A stretch of DNA of 64,000 bases from Candidatus Giovannonibacteria bacterium RIFCSPLOWO2_02_FULL_45_28 (GCA_001780725.1 MFIM01000001.1:83642-147641); one strand, 5' to 3'. Positions 45,455 to 55,078 are shown, counted from the stretch's first letter. A program made the numbers and translations. The notes: generated from the letters alone by a model not told the origin.

Positions 45455-46301
45455 ATCTTTCCAAAATCTCATAGGCGTTTTTGGGGTCGCGGCGGATTGC
45501 TGATTCAGCAAGTATCCCATGCCAATATGCGTCGGCCATTCTTTTTTGCTTTGCCTTCCAAAGCAACGGATAAATAAGCCTCTGCAAGTCTTGGCCGGAA
45601 ATTTCCGCTTCTTTGAGAGCCAAAAGCGCCCAGCCCAACGAGGCGGAGAAAATTTTTTCAACAAAGGGAAAGGGGCTAGCGCCAGCCTCTTTGAAGTCCG
45701 ACTTCAAATCCCCAAAGAAGTCGGACTTCTTCCCGGCTGGCGGCTTCAAAGGGGCTGGCGCGCCTAAGACTCTTTTCTCCAATTCATTCTCCAGCGCCCA
45801 CTCTGCCACTCCGCCAGCTGGCGGACCAGCCTCTTCAATAATTATCGCGCATTCTTCTTTACTCAATCCAAACCCCAACGCTTTTGCTTTTTTATCCACC
45901 CAAGCCGCCAGCTCTTTTTTGGTCAGCGGACGCACTTCCTGTATTTTTTCGGCATATTTTTTAAAAAAATTAAGCGTTGATTTTACCGATTCTTTTTCCC
46001 AAAAAACAAAAATGTCGCGCGATGCCTTTATAAAATCCCCGTTTTTTTTCAGGATTTTAAAAATACTTTCATTGGATTCCAAAACATTTTTAAAAATAAC
46101 TAATCTGGTTTTAGAAAATAAATTGCCCTGCTCCAAAGCGGCATAAAATTTTTCCGGCTGAATTTCGTCGGCGTCTCCGTCAAATTCTTCAACCAGAACA
46201 TTTCCACCCGCCTGCCGAGATTTTTTATAAAATGCGGATTTTAATTCTCCGATTTTGCGGAGCGCTTGATAGGAATTTGGCCCAAGGAGAAGATACATCA
46301 T
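45432..46301 (-). CDS. holA: DNA polymerase III delta subunit (HolA-like) with in-frame palindromic-element insertion
   Basis: 289 aa. N-terminal MYLLLGPNSYQ. Adjacent to rpsT as in many bacteria. Inserted LKPPAGKKSDFFGDLKSDFKEAGAS encoded by 45672-45766. Confidence 0.6.
   Translation of the reverse strand: MMYLLLGPNSYQALRKIGELKSAFYKKSRQAGGNVLVEEFDGDADEIQPEKFYAALEQGNLFSKTRLVIFKNVLESNESIFKILKKNGDFIKASRDIFVFWEKESVKSTLNFFKKYAEKIQEVRPLTKKELAAWVDKKAKALGFGLSKEECAIIIEEAGPPAGGVAEWALENELEKRVLGAPAPLKPPAGKKSDFFGDLKSDFKEAGASPFPFVEKIFSASLGWALLALKEAEISGQDLQRLIYPLLWKAKQKRMADAYWHGILAESAIRRDPKNAYEILERFILAIKA
45672..45766. repeat. Intragenic palindromic element copy 3
   Basis: Arms at 45693-45705 and 45717-45729. 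Outer inverted repeat GCGCCAGCC / GGCTGGCGC. Downstream part near-identical to copy 2. Confidence 0.85.
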
Positions 46302-47608
46302 TGTCTTTCGTGAGTAACATCGTGAATAATTTTAAGATAACGCTGCTCCGGAAGCGGGCCAATGCCTTTGATATACACGGTGATTATCTGCAAAACCCTT
46401 TTTTGCGGCGACATAAATGTTATTTCGTACACATTTTCCCCGACATTCTGCTTCTGCGTCGGAAAAAATACTTTCCACAATTTCTCAAATCCGAGAAAGG
46501 CGGCCGCGCTCTCTGTAATATAAAGTTCTTTCGGGGGTGATTCCGCAATATCTAAATATTTTTTAGCGGCCGGATTAATGGCTAAAATTTGATTTTCCCC
46601 GGTATATTCAATAATGCCGTCCGGAATATAAGCGATGGTTCTTTCTCTTTCTGCGCGCTCGCGCCCAACGCTTACAATCGCGCGCATAAGTCTGATGGTG
46701 CTGAAAATCAAAAGCGCCAACAGCGCCAAGCTCGCCACGGAAAAAGTAACAGCCACGAACAGGGTTTGATTGCGCTGCTTCAGCGCTACTGCTTCACGCT
46801 GCTCCACAACCACACCCCACCCGGTTGACGGCATCTTGAGTCCGAGCGCCAGCACATTTTCGTTTTTTTCGTTTACGTACCGGTTAAACTCAATCCTCTC
46901 TCGGCCCTGAACCAAAAGGTTAACGATCTCGCGATATTTTAAATTTTCCCCGGAACGCGCTAGTTCAATATCCGGATCCGAAATTATCGCACCGCGGCTA
47001 TCCACAAGATATATTTTCCCTTCCTCCACCGATGTTTTGCTTGCTACCCCCCAAAGAAGAGTAAAATCTATTTCGCTGGAGGCCACTGCAGCGACTTTCC
47101 CATTTCGTATTATGGGAGCGGAGATTTGCAGTGACGGGCCATGCGGACCAAAAAAAACCGGGCTGATGTAACGTTTCCCGGCCAAAGCTTCTTTAAAAAA
47201 GGAACTGTTTTTTACCGAAATCTCTGAAAATTGCGGGGCCGTATCCCGCCGCACCAAAGAACCCAAACGCTCGCCGTCCGTGTTAAAAATAAGCAGATTT
47301 ATAAAGTCGCTCCGGCTGCCAAAAAAAACTTCAGAAAGGGTTTCACCCTTGTTGATATCTTCAAGAAAATGGCCGCTGAAATGAATCAGGTCTTGAAAAG
47401 TTAAATCTAAAAACAAATCCAACAAAGCAATGGCGTGCGAAGCAGTTGTGTTTTGAGAAATTATGGCGTTTTGCTCAACGCCGTTTAAAACAGGGAAAAG
47501 CCAATAAAAACTGGCTGTAACAAGAAAAATACCGACCGCAAATATGATCGCGACATTATACCAAAGAGGGCCGGAAACAAGCCGAGTCCACTTCTTAATA
47601 AAATCCAT
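46298..47608 (-). CDS. Membrane sensor (Cache/PAS) protein lacking kinase domains; N-terminal paralog of the histidine kinase at 50461-52551
   Basis: 436 aa. TM-periplasmic-TM-PAS architecture. Ends at ...YLKIIHDVTHERQ, exactly where the HisKA H-box region begins in the paralog (FLKILHDISREK...). Confidence 0.55.
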   Translation of the reverse strand: MDFIKKWTRLVSGPLWYNVAIIFAVGIFLVTASFYWLFPVLNGVEQNAIISQNTTASHAIALLDLFLDLTFQDLIHFSGHFLEDINKGETLSEVFFGSRSDFINLLIFNTDGERLGSLVRRDTAPQFSEISVKNSSFFKEALAGKRYISPVFFGPHGPSLQISAPIIRNGKVAAVASSEIDFTLLWGVASKTSVEEGKIYLVDSRGAIISDPDIELARSGENLKYREIVNLLVQGRERIEFNRYVNEKNENVLALGLKMPSTGWGVVVEQREAVALKQRNQTLFVAVTFSVASLALLALLIFSTIRLMRAIVSVGRERAERERTIAYIPDGIIEYTGENQILAINPAAKKYLDIAESPPKELYITESAAAFLGFEKLWKVFFPTQKQNVGENVYEITFMSPQKRVLQIITVYIKGIGPLPEQRYLKIIHDVTHERQ

Positions 47609-47628
47609 ATGCTATTTTGTGTGAACGC

Positions 47629-48609
47629 CTAAAACTTTATAAACAACTCTCTGGGGTTTCTGGGGATTTCCTTGATGAAACCGAATTCCGCTGCTTTTTG
47701 CATCACAAATACGGCATTATCAATAAACTCATCGTCCCAGCGCGACGGAAAAGCTTTTGACAGGCGCTCAACAATAAAATTTACTTCCGCTTCAGTTTTG
47801 GCGCCTACCACCTCGCGAGCATACTTGGCAACGATTTCCGGATGATCTTTAATTTGTTTGGACGCTTCAATCCTCATAGCAGCAAAATGTTCTGCGGTAT
47901 CCCGATTTGCCGCAATCCAGTCGGCATAGGCAGCTCGAGCGTTAAAAAAGTAAGGAATGTTGTATTTCTCCTTCCACAAGTCCGCGAGATTAAGAAGCTC
48001 CCGATACTGACCAGAAACGATAAGTTGTGCCGCCAGAGGGTCTGGAAGAAAAGCGGCATCCACCTCACCACCCTTAAGAGAAGAAAGAATATCAGGAATG
48101 CCGCCAAAAGTAAGAGAAAACTCTTTTTCTAAATCTATACCCAAAATCTTAAGCTCCAAAGCCATGCTTTGGTAACCAGCGGTTGCCTTCGGCAACACCG
48201 CAATCTTTTTTCCTTTTAGGTCGTCTATGGTTCTATACTTAGAGTTGGTTTTAACCAGCAGGCCATGAATGGCAGTCAGGAGCGGCGCTAAAGCGCGGAT
48301 ATCCCTTCCCGCTTGTTGAGACTGAACAAGCTCAATAGGACTAAGGGCGCCAACATCAACTTCCCGAGCAATGGTTCTCCGCGCAACTTCACCCGGCTCT
48401 ACCGCTTGGATAGTAAGGTCAAGGCCATGTTGTTTATCAAGTTTGAGTTGCTCAATTACGTATTTAAGCAGCCCCTCCGCGCCAGTAGCCACAAATGTTG
48501 CGCTAACTTTTTTAGGCTCCGACGGCTTTTTAGCTGGCCAGGCCCAAAGCGCGATTCCTATTAAAACCGCAATTCCAACAATTATCAAAACATGTTTTTT
48601 TACATTCAT
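47629..48609 (-). CDS. NMT1/THI5-like ABC substrate-binding protein (paralog 2)
   Basis: 326 aa. Signal anchor. Similar to 34887-35891 and 48628-49587. Confidence 0.6.
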   Translation of the reverse strand: MNVKKHVLIIVGIAVLIGIALWAWPAKKPSEPKKVSATFVATGAEGLLKYVIEQLKLDKQHGLDLTIQAVEPGEVARRTIAREVDVGALSPIELVQSQQAGRDIRALAPLLTAIHGLLVKTNSKYRTIDDLKGKKIAVLPKATAGYQSMALELKILGIDLEKEFSLTFGGIPDILSSLKGGEVDAAFLPDPLAAQLIVSGQYRELLNLADLWKEKYNIPYFFNARAAYADWIAANRDTAEHFAAMRIEASKQIKDHPEIVAKYAREVVGAKTEAEVNFIVERLSKAFPSRWDDEFIDNAVFVMQKAAEFGFIKEIPRNPRELFIKF

Positions 48610-48627
48610 ATTTTAATGAAATCCATA

Positions 48628-49587
48628 TTACTCAATAAAAATATTTTCTCTCGGAAATTCCTGAATCAGTTTTAGCTCAAAAGCTTTTTTAACAAGAGCG
48701 TCGTGCGCCTCCGGTAGCCATGTAAGCGGGAAAATTGCCGGCAGACGCTCTTTCATCAAGTTTATTTCTTCCGGACGCTGAAGCCCCAAAATCTGTTTGT
48801 ATTCTTCTATCAACTGCGGATTTTTCCGAATGAAAATTGCCGCATCCGAAATCGCCTCTCTCAAACGCTCAACATTCTTCGGATTTTGTGAAATCCAGTC
48901 CGCATGCGCCGCTAAATCAACAAACGGTATAACAGAAGAACCAGTCATGCTGCCCCACTCATCGCTCAAGTTGATTATCTCTCTGTAGTTGCCAGTTGCT
49001 AAAAAGCGCGCCGTGGCAACCACGTTTAAAAACGCCGCCTCTACTTCTCCTTTAGCCAAACGTTCCTCGTTTTGCGGAAACGAGCCAAAAACAAGCTTGA
49101 AATCGCGATCCAAATCCAGTCCCAACGTTTTCATCCCCAAAGCGTGCATGGTATAAGATGCGCTCCCTTTCGGGTGCATGGCGATTCTCGCGCCCTTAAG
49201 ATCTTCAAATCTATAAAATGTGGATTTGGCCCTCACCACCAAGGCCTGATTGGTTTGGTAAGTAGACGCGAACGCACGCAGTTTTGTGTTTTTAGTCTGG
49301 TTGGCAATAACAATTGATAACGGATTTATGCTGCCCACTTCAACTCCGTCTACTTTCTCAATTAAGCGGCGTTCTGCTTCGAATGGAGGCGCAAAAGCTA
49401 CATCCAACTTCAACCCGTGTTTCTCTGCAATCCCTTTGTCCTGCAATACCGCCAGCAAAAATTTCAAATTTTCGGCATCCGCAAAACTCATTTTGACGGT
49501 TTCAATCTTGTTAGCGGAAAAATAATAAAATCCAGCCAACGCGACCACAGCAACCGACAACAAAATGTAAAATAATTTATATCTCAT
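48628..49587 (-). CDS. NMT1/THI5-like ABC substrate-binding protein (paralog 3)
   Basis: 319 aa. Same family. Confidence 0.6.
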   Translation of the reverse strand: MRYKLFYILLSVAVVALAGFYYFSANKIETVKMSFADAENLKFLLAVLQDKGIAEKHGLKLDVAFAPPFEAERRLIEKVDGVEVGSINPLSIVIANQTKNTKLRAFASTYQTNQALVVRAKSTFYRFEDLKGARIAMHPKGSASYTMHALGMKTLGLDLDRDFKLVFGSFPQNEERLAKGEVEAAFLNVVATARFLATGNYREIINLSDEWGSMTGSSVIPFVDLAAHADWISQNPKNVERLREAISDAAIFIRKNPQLIEEYKQILGLQRPEEINLMKERLPAIFPLTWLPEAHDALVKKAFELKLIQEFPRENIFIE

Positions 49588-49595
49588 AACTTAAA

Positions 49596-50441
49596 TTAAA
49601 AATATTTCTTTTTAAGAACGACCTTTATTTTGGCAATAATTTCGTTTGGAGTAAAATGGGCTTTGACCATAAAATCTTCCGCTCCGCCGGAAAGCGCCCT
49701 ATCCATGTCTTCCTTCTGCCCGAGATTGGAAAGCACTATCACCGGTATTTGTGATAATTGCTTATCTCCTTTTACGCGCCTCAAAACCTCAAACCCGTCC
49801 AATCCGGGCAAGATAAGATCAAGCAAAATTAAATCCGGGAGTTTTTCTTCTACCATTTTTAGTCCTTCCTCGCCGTCCAGCGCTTCAAATGTCAAAAAAC
49901 CTTCCCGCTTGAGCTTTTGCACAATTAAATCCCGTAAAAATTTATCATCTTCTACAATTAATATGCGCGCCTTGCCGCCGCCACCGGAGCTTTTAACGAT
50001 CAACGCGTCTTCTGGTTCCGCCGCCTTAGACTGCGTGGTTTCTGACGATTTGTGATTTTTTGGAGATGAATCCGCCTTACCCAATACCTTTTCCACCTTC
50101 TCCAGGACATCGGCCGGATTAAATTCTGCCTTCACCAAATAATCGCGCGCACCCATCTTCATCGCCCGGTCTACTTCCACGGGCTGGCCGGAGTTTGAAA
50201 CCACGATTATTGGAACAGTTGAACCGTCTTTTTTAAGGCGCTCCAAAACTTCAAAACCGTTCATTTTCGGCAAAATTATATCCAAAAGCACAAGATCCGG
50301 ATTTTCATCCTTAACCATCCTATAACCGGCCTCCCCGTCCGTAGCCACAAGAACGCTGTAACCCTCGTATTCCAACTTAGCCTTCATGACATTAAGGTGC
50401 ACAAGCTCGTCTTCTATGATTAAAATCTTTAGCATGGCCAT
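49596..50441 (-). CDS. Tandem-receiver response regulator (two REC domains, no output domain)
   Basis: 281 aa. Two D-D...D/K receiver domains (ILIIEDE...LLDIILP and ILIVEDD...LLDLILP). Confidence 0.8.
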   Translation of the reverse strand: MAMLKILIIEDELVHLNVMKAKLEYEGYSVLVATDGEAGYRMVKDENPDLVLLDIILPKMNGFEVLERLKKDGSTVPIIVVSNSGQPVEVDRAMKMGARDYLVKAEFNPADVLEKVEKVLGKADSSPKNHKSSETTQSKAAEPEDALIVKSSGGGGKARILIVEDDKFLRDLIVQKLKREGFLTFEALDGEEGLKMVEEKLPDLILLDLILPGLDGFEVLRRVKGDKQLSQIPVIVLSNLGQKEDMDRALSGGAEDFMVKAHFTPNEIIAKIKVVLKKKYF

Positions 50442-50460
50442 ATAGCTTTATAGTATCATG

Positions 50461-52551
50461 TTAAATTGTTTCTAAAAACTCTTCCAGTGGCTGGGTTTCT
50501 TCGCTGGGGACAAGTTCTTTTTTGACAGGCAGGGTCAGGACGAAGCTTGAGCCTTGGCCTTCTTTGGAAACAAATTGAATATCCCCGCCGTGGCGCCTGA
50601 TAATGTTGCGCACAATAAAAAGTCCGAGTCCGGTTCCTTCTGTCTCCATGCGTATTACATTGGAAGCCCTGAAAAACTTTGAAAAAACGCGCTTTTGCTC
50701 GGCGGCCGGTATTCCTACTCCGGTGTCCGAAATACTAACTATTGCGTAATCTCCTTTGAGTTCCGGCTTTATGGTGATCTTGCCGTTAACTGTGGTGTAT
50801 TTAATCGCATTTTCAAGCAAGTTGTTGAAAGCCAGAGTAAGTTTTTCCTGATCGGCATAAATAAGAGGAAAGCTTTTTGTTAAGCCCTCAAGCCTTAAAT
50901 CAATGGATTTTTGACGAACGATGCCGGTATAATTTTTAACGGCGTCTCTTAAAAATTCTCCCAAGTCAATATCTCTAAACTCATATCCAAACTTTCCTTC
51001 CTCTATGCGCGCGGCGTTAAGAAGATCGTTGACCAGTTTAATCATTCTTTCATTAGTCTCGTAACCCTTGGAAAGAAAATCCAACTGTTCTTTAGAAAGC
51101 GCGCCGGCATCTCCGTCCAAAAGCAGGCGCAATGTCCACTTAATCGCCGACAGCGGTGTGCGCAATTGATGCGCGGCGATGGAAACAAATTCCGATTTAA
51201 GCCGGGTCAAAAGCTTTTCGCGGGAAATATCGTGTAAAATTTTTAGAAATCCGCGGACATTTCCTGCCCGATCAACAACATGCGTCATTGTAATAAGCAA
51301 TCTCAAATCCGGAGCCGAAATATGCACCTCCATGGTTTTGGTAAAAGGCGCCCCAAGAACTTGTTTGACGCTGGAGGCGTAAGGCGCCAAAGCGGGATAC
51401 ATCAATTCCACAAGGCCTTTGAGTTTATCATTGGTTTTGGCTAATTCCGGAGTTACAACTACCCCGCTGATATCGGAGAATTTTACTCCCAAAAGCTCCT
51501 CCGCCCTTGGGTTCATTAAAATAATTTGGGACTGGTCGTTGTATTCAATCACGCCATCCGAAAGGCTGTTTAAAATCGCCTCTCTTTGATTTCTTTCTGA
51601 ATAAAAAAGCGCGGCGGCTCTTACTAAATTGAAATAGTTCCAAACCAACAAAAACAGCAATAAAATTTCCAGCACGAATGAAATAATCGCTGCCGACAAA
51701 ATTCGTCTTGATGAAGCAAGCGCGAAAGACCTCGGATTTTCCACCACAACACCCCAGCCGGTAAGCGCAAAAGGTAAAGCAACCGCAAACACATTCTCCC
51801 CTTTTTCATTGTTGTAAACTAAGGTTGCGTCGCGCGTGTCGGCTTCTCGCCCGGATAAGACGGTGGCGATGATTTTCCTTTCCAGTATATTAACGCGCCC
51901 GAATACCAAAGATGAATTGGGGTGGGCAATTATGAAGCCGTCGCGATCAACAACGTAAGTCTCACCCTGATCTCCTATTTTTATTCCGCGGACAACGTCC
52001 AGTAAAAATTTCAAATTGACGTCGGCGACAATCGCGGAAAAACCCGACTCCTTTCTTAGCGGCAAAGCAATTGTAATCAACGGTTCTGAAATGCCTGAGA
52101 CCAGCACCGGGCCGCGATAAATCTCTCCGCGGCTTATCACTTTGAAAAGGTCCTCTCCAGATCTGTCTTTTAAATCAGCCGGCGTAATAAGCAAAAATCT
52201 GTGATTTTTTAGGCTCTCGCGGCCATTTTGATCCAAAAGAGTAAGCGATTCAAACGGCTGGTTTTCTTTCATCAATCTATAAACGGTGGTTTCCCCAAGA
52301 GCGCCGTTTTGATTAATAATATCAACCGCATTTCCCAAAGAGTTTTCGTATCGGCCCAAAAAAGCGGCTGTTTGATTTCTCACATCCAATGCAAAAGACC
52401 GGTGCAGCACGTAAGCGTTTGTCTCCAATTCATCCAGTGTAGGCAAAAGCCATGCGGCGTTCGCGGCCGTCAACGCCAAAACCGCAACTAAGCCCAAAGC
52501 CCATAATTGCGACTTTTTCCCAAAGAAAAATTCAATAATAGTTTGCCGCAT
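50461..52551 (-). CDS. Sensor histidine kinase (Cache-like periplasmic domain, PAS, HisKA, HATPase_c)
   Basis: 696 aa. H-box AAHQLRTPLSAI. N/G1/G2 boxes (NLLENAIKYT; DTGVGIP; GTGLGL). Confidence 0.85.
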   Translation of the reverse strand: MRQTIIEFFFGKKSQLWALGLVAVLALTAANAAWLLPTLDELETNAYVLHRSFALDVRNQTAAFLGRYENSLGNAVDIINQNGALGETTVYRLMKENQPFESLTLLDQNGRESLKNHRFLLITPADLKDRSGEDLFKVISRGEIYRGPVLVSGISEPLITIALPLRKESGFSAIVADVNLKFLLDVVRGIKIGDQGETYVVDRDGFIIAHPNSSLVFGRVNILERKIIATVLSGREADTRDATLVYNNEKGENVFAVALPFALTGWGVVVENPRSFALASSRRILSAAIISFVLEILLLFLLVWNYFNLVRAAALFYSERNQREAILNSLSDGVIEYNDQSQIILMNPRAEELLGVKFSDISGVVVTPELAKTNDKLKGLVELMYPALAPYASSVKQVLGAPFTKTMEVHISAPDLRLLITMTHVVDRAGNVRGFLKILHDISREKLLTRLKSEFVSIAAHQLRTPLSAIKWTLRLLLDGDAGALSKEQLDFLSKGYETNERMIKLVNDLLNAARIEEGKFGYEFRDIDLGEFLRDAVKNYTGIVRQKSIDLRLEGLTKSFPLIYADQEKLTLAFNNLLENAIKYTTVNGKITIKPELKGDYAIVSISDTGVGIPAAEQKRVFSKFFRASNVIRMETEGTGLGLFIVRNIIRRHGGDIQFVSKEGQGSSFVLTLPVKKELVPSEETQPLEEFLETI

Positions 52552-52556
52552 TTGCT

Positions 52557-53564
52557 CTACTCTTGATAGATTTTATTGGCCTGCAAGCGCAAAGACTCCG
52601 GGATTAGAAGTCCAATCTCGTTGGCAAGTTTTGCGTTAATTTCAAAAGTAAGCGCGGAAGCAAACTCAATCGGGATCTCACCGGGGTCTGCCCCTTTGAG
52701 AACTTTGTCAATAATTCTCGCGCCTTGTTTCCCGACTTCAAATCTAGGAATACCGTAAACCATGAGATAGCCGGAGGAAACTCCTCGCTCAACGTTAAAA
52801 TCAATTGAAGGAATTTTAGCCTGCTTAAGCGGCGGAGCGATAAGGCTGGAATTTCCGGAAATAACGGCATCATTGACAGTCATAAACGCGCCGGCGCCGT
52901 CGCGAACCAATTTTTGCATAGCCGCCGGAACATCTTCTTGTTTTGCAACGTCATACCAAAGCACACGGAGTCCCAATTTGCCCGCCGCTTCTTCGTAAAC
53001 TTTTATCACCTGTTGGTAGCTCACATTTTTAGGATTTGCCAAACTGCCGATAGTTTTTAATTTCGGAACAAGGGTTTTTAAAATCTCCATCCGTTTAGGA
53101 GCCGTTGAAACATTATCTACAACAACTCCGGTCATAAATCCTCCCGGATACTGAATATTTTCCACGCCCAATTGCGCAAAGTTGCCCACATCCACCGCCA
53201 CAACCGGGATTTTAGCATCCTTATTTGCGTCTTTCACTGCGCTAGACGCGCTGGTTGACACAGAAACAATTAAATCCGGATTTGAAGCTACGATTTCCGA
53301 AGCTAATTTTTTTGTAAGATCTAAGTCGCCCTTTGGATTTCTTACTTCAATAACAATATCTTTCCCCTCTTCGTACCCGAGCTCCTTAAGGCCGGCCTTG
53401 ATGCCGTCCACGGAGGCAAGCTGTAAATCGGACGCCGTAAGCACGGCGATTTTTTTAGGAGTGGGACTCGGTATACTCCGAAACGGAGGCGCCACAAAAA
53501 ACACGAAAGCCGCCGAGCCGAGCAATATTAATAAAATAATTAGTGCTACTTGTTTATTGCCCAT
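52557..53564 (-). CDS. ABC-type substrate-binding protein of the PF04392 family (often paired with sensor kinases)
   Basis: 335 aa. N-terminal anchor. PBP type I fold. Confidence 0.5.
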   Translation of the reverse strand: MGNKQVALIILLILLGSAAFVFFVAPPFRSIPSPTPKKIAVLTASDLQLASVDGIKAGLKELGYEEGKDIVIEVRNPKGDLDLTKKLASEIVASNPDLIVSVSTSASSAVKDANKDAKIPVVAVDVGNFAQLGVENIQYPGGFMTGVVVDNVSTAPKRMEILKTLVPKLKTIGSLANPKNVSYQQVIKVYEEAAGKLGLRVLWYDVAKQEDVPAAMQKLVRDGAGAFMTVNDAVISGNSSLIAPPLKQAKIPSIDFNVERGVSSGYLMVYGIPRFEVGKQGARIIDKVLKGADPGEIPIEFASALTFEINAKLANEIGLLIPESLRLQANKIYQE

Positions 53565-53578
53565 GTGCTTCTATTATA

Positions 53579-54475
53579 TCACTCGGAATTCAGTCTCGCC
53601 ACAAGGCTGGTAAAGCCAAGTTCTTCAAAAAGGGCTTTTAATTGGTCCTTGCGAAGTTGGAAGCCAGAAATCGGGAGTTGGAAATTAATTGGCGCATCTC
53701 GCCGGATAGTAGCAAGTGTTTTTGAAAAAAATGCGTCTTCTTTGTGATCCGAAAGCAAATTTATAACGCGCTCTTTCACAATCTTTCCGACTTCTAATCT
53801 CCCACCTCCGACTTCTAATTTGTTATATAAATTTTCCAGCGTTGCAAAATTTTTAATTATATCAGTCGCAGTTTTTTCGCCTATGCCTTTTACTCCGATG
53901 ATATTATCCGATGGGTCACCCTTTAACCCTTTAAAGTCCGGTATGGCGGACGGGGGGAATCCGTACCTCTCAACCACTTTTGCCTCGTCATATATAACCG
54001 TGTCCTCAATGCCTTTGCGCAAAGTGTAAACAACAACCTTGTTGTCATCTACCAACTGCAAAACATCCATATCGCCCGAGACAATAATTGTTTTTGTGTC
54101 TTTTAATTTTTTAGTTTGTTCCACGATCGTCCCCAAAATGTCATCGGCCTCAAATCCGGCCGCGTCTAAAATAGGAATTCCGAACGCTTCAACAACATCG
54201 CGCGACCGAATCAATTGTTTTACCAAATCGTCTTCCGCTTCCGGACGTTTGGCTTTGTAGGCTTCGTAGCTTTCGTGCCGGAAGGTCGGCTCGGGCCGGT
54301 CAAACGCGGCAACAATATAATCCGGTTTTAATTCCCGAATAACTTTCAAAAGCATAGTTGAAAGGCCGTAAAGCGCTCCGGTCGGCTCGCCGGTATTTTT
54401 GGAAGTAAACTTCGGAAGCGCGTGATACGCACGATGAATTAAAGCATGAGCGTCCAATAAAACAAGTGTTTTCAT
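53579..54475 (-). CDS. 5'-3' exonuclease (Pol I N-terminal domain/FEN-like)
   Basis: 298 aa. LLLDAHALIHRAYHALP start. Acidic metal-binding clusters. HhH region. Confidence 0.8.
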   Translation of the reverse strand: MKTLVLLDAHALIHRAYHALPKFTSKNTGEPTGALYGLSTMLLKVIRELKPDYIVAAFDRPEPTFRHESYEAYKAKRPEAEDDLVKQLIRSRDVVEAFGIPILDAAGFEADDILGTIVEQTKKLKDTKTIIVSGDMDVLQLVDDNKVVVYTLRKGIEDTVIYDEAKVVERYGFPPSAIPDFKGLKGDPSDNIIGVKGIGEKTATDIIKNFATLENLYNKLEVGGGRLEVGKIVKERVINLLSDHKEDAFFSKTLATIRRDAPINFQLPISGFQLRKDQLKALFEELGFTSLVARLNSE

Positions 54476-54936
54476 ATAATTATTTTTATCAGGCGGTGCT
54501 CGTGATGTCTAATGTGTTTAAAAATTATGCGCATGGCGTTTTTCGGCAGAATATTTTTTATTTTGTCTCCCCATTCTACTAAAATTATATTTTTGGGGTC
54601 GCGTATAAAATCGCGCCAATTCAAAACTTTAAAACCTTTTGATTTTAGGCGGTAGGCGTCAATATGAATGAATTGCCTTACGCCGTAGGCTTTACGCCTT
54701 ACGCTGTATATTCGCATTATCACAAACGTCGGGCTTCGGGGATTTTCTTTAATGCCCAATCCTTTGGCAAATCCCTGTGTAAAAGTTGTTTTTCCGGAAC
54801 CAAGTTCACCCTCAAGGCTGATGATAATAGCCCCCCTTTTGATTGAAGTCGGACTTCGATCAATTTCGTGAGCTAGTTTTTCGCCGAGTTTTTTTGTTTC
54901 TTTAGCGCTGCGAGTTAAAATTTCGATGTTCTCCAT
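54472..54936 (-). CDS. tsaE: tRNA threonylcarbamoyladenosine biosynthesis protein TsaE with short in-frame palindromic insertion
   Basis: 154 aa. LEGELGSGKTTF P-loop. The segment IDRSPTSIK is encoded by the palindrome at 54829-54853. Confidence 0.75.
   Translation of the reverse strand: MENIEILTRSAKETKKLGEKLAHEIDRSPTSIKRGAIIISLEGELGSGKTTFTQGFAKGLGIKENPRSPTFVIMRIYSVRRKAYGVRQFIHIDAYRLKSKGFKVLNWRDFIRDPKNIILVEWGDKIKNILPKNAMRIIFKHIRHHEHRLIKIII
54829..54853. repeat. Compact palindromic element copy 4 (TTGATTGAAGTCGGACTTCGATCAA)
   Basis: 25-bp near-perfect palindrome containing the same GAAGTCGGACTTC core. In frame in tsaE. Confidence 0.7.
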
Positions 54937-54964
54937 AAATTCATTTTATCACGTAACCTCTCCT

Positions 54965-55078
54965 CAAACCCCCTACCCACCCTTGTTAAGGAGGGGGTAG
55001 AAAACCTACCCCAACCCCTTCTCAAGGAAGGGGTAAATATAATACCCTCCCCTTTGGGGAGGGTTGGGAGGGGTAATT
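54965..55078. repeat. Cluster of GC-rich CCCTCCC/GGGAGGG-type palindromes
   Basis: Three or four tandem hairpin units (e.g. ACCCTCCCC-TTT-GGGGAGGGT at 55045-55066) related to the palindrome at 13626-13650. Confidence 0.65.

Noticed and set aside
40086-45766. Possibility that the GAAGTC[CG]GACTTC repeats are a CRISPR array
   Set aside because: Copies are kilobases apart, sit inside conserved coding sequences, are palindromic pairs rather than direct repeats with regular spacers, and no cas genes are present.
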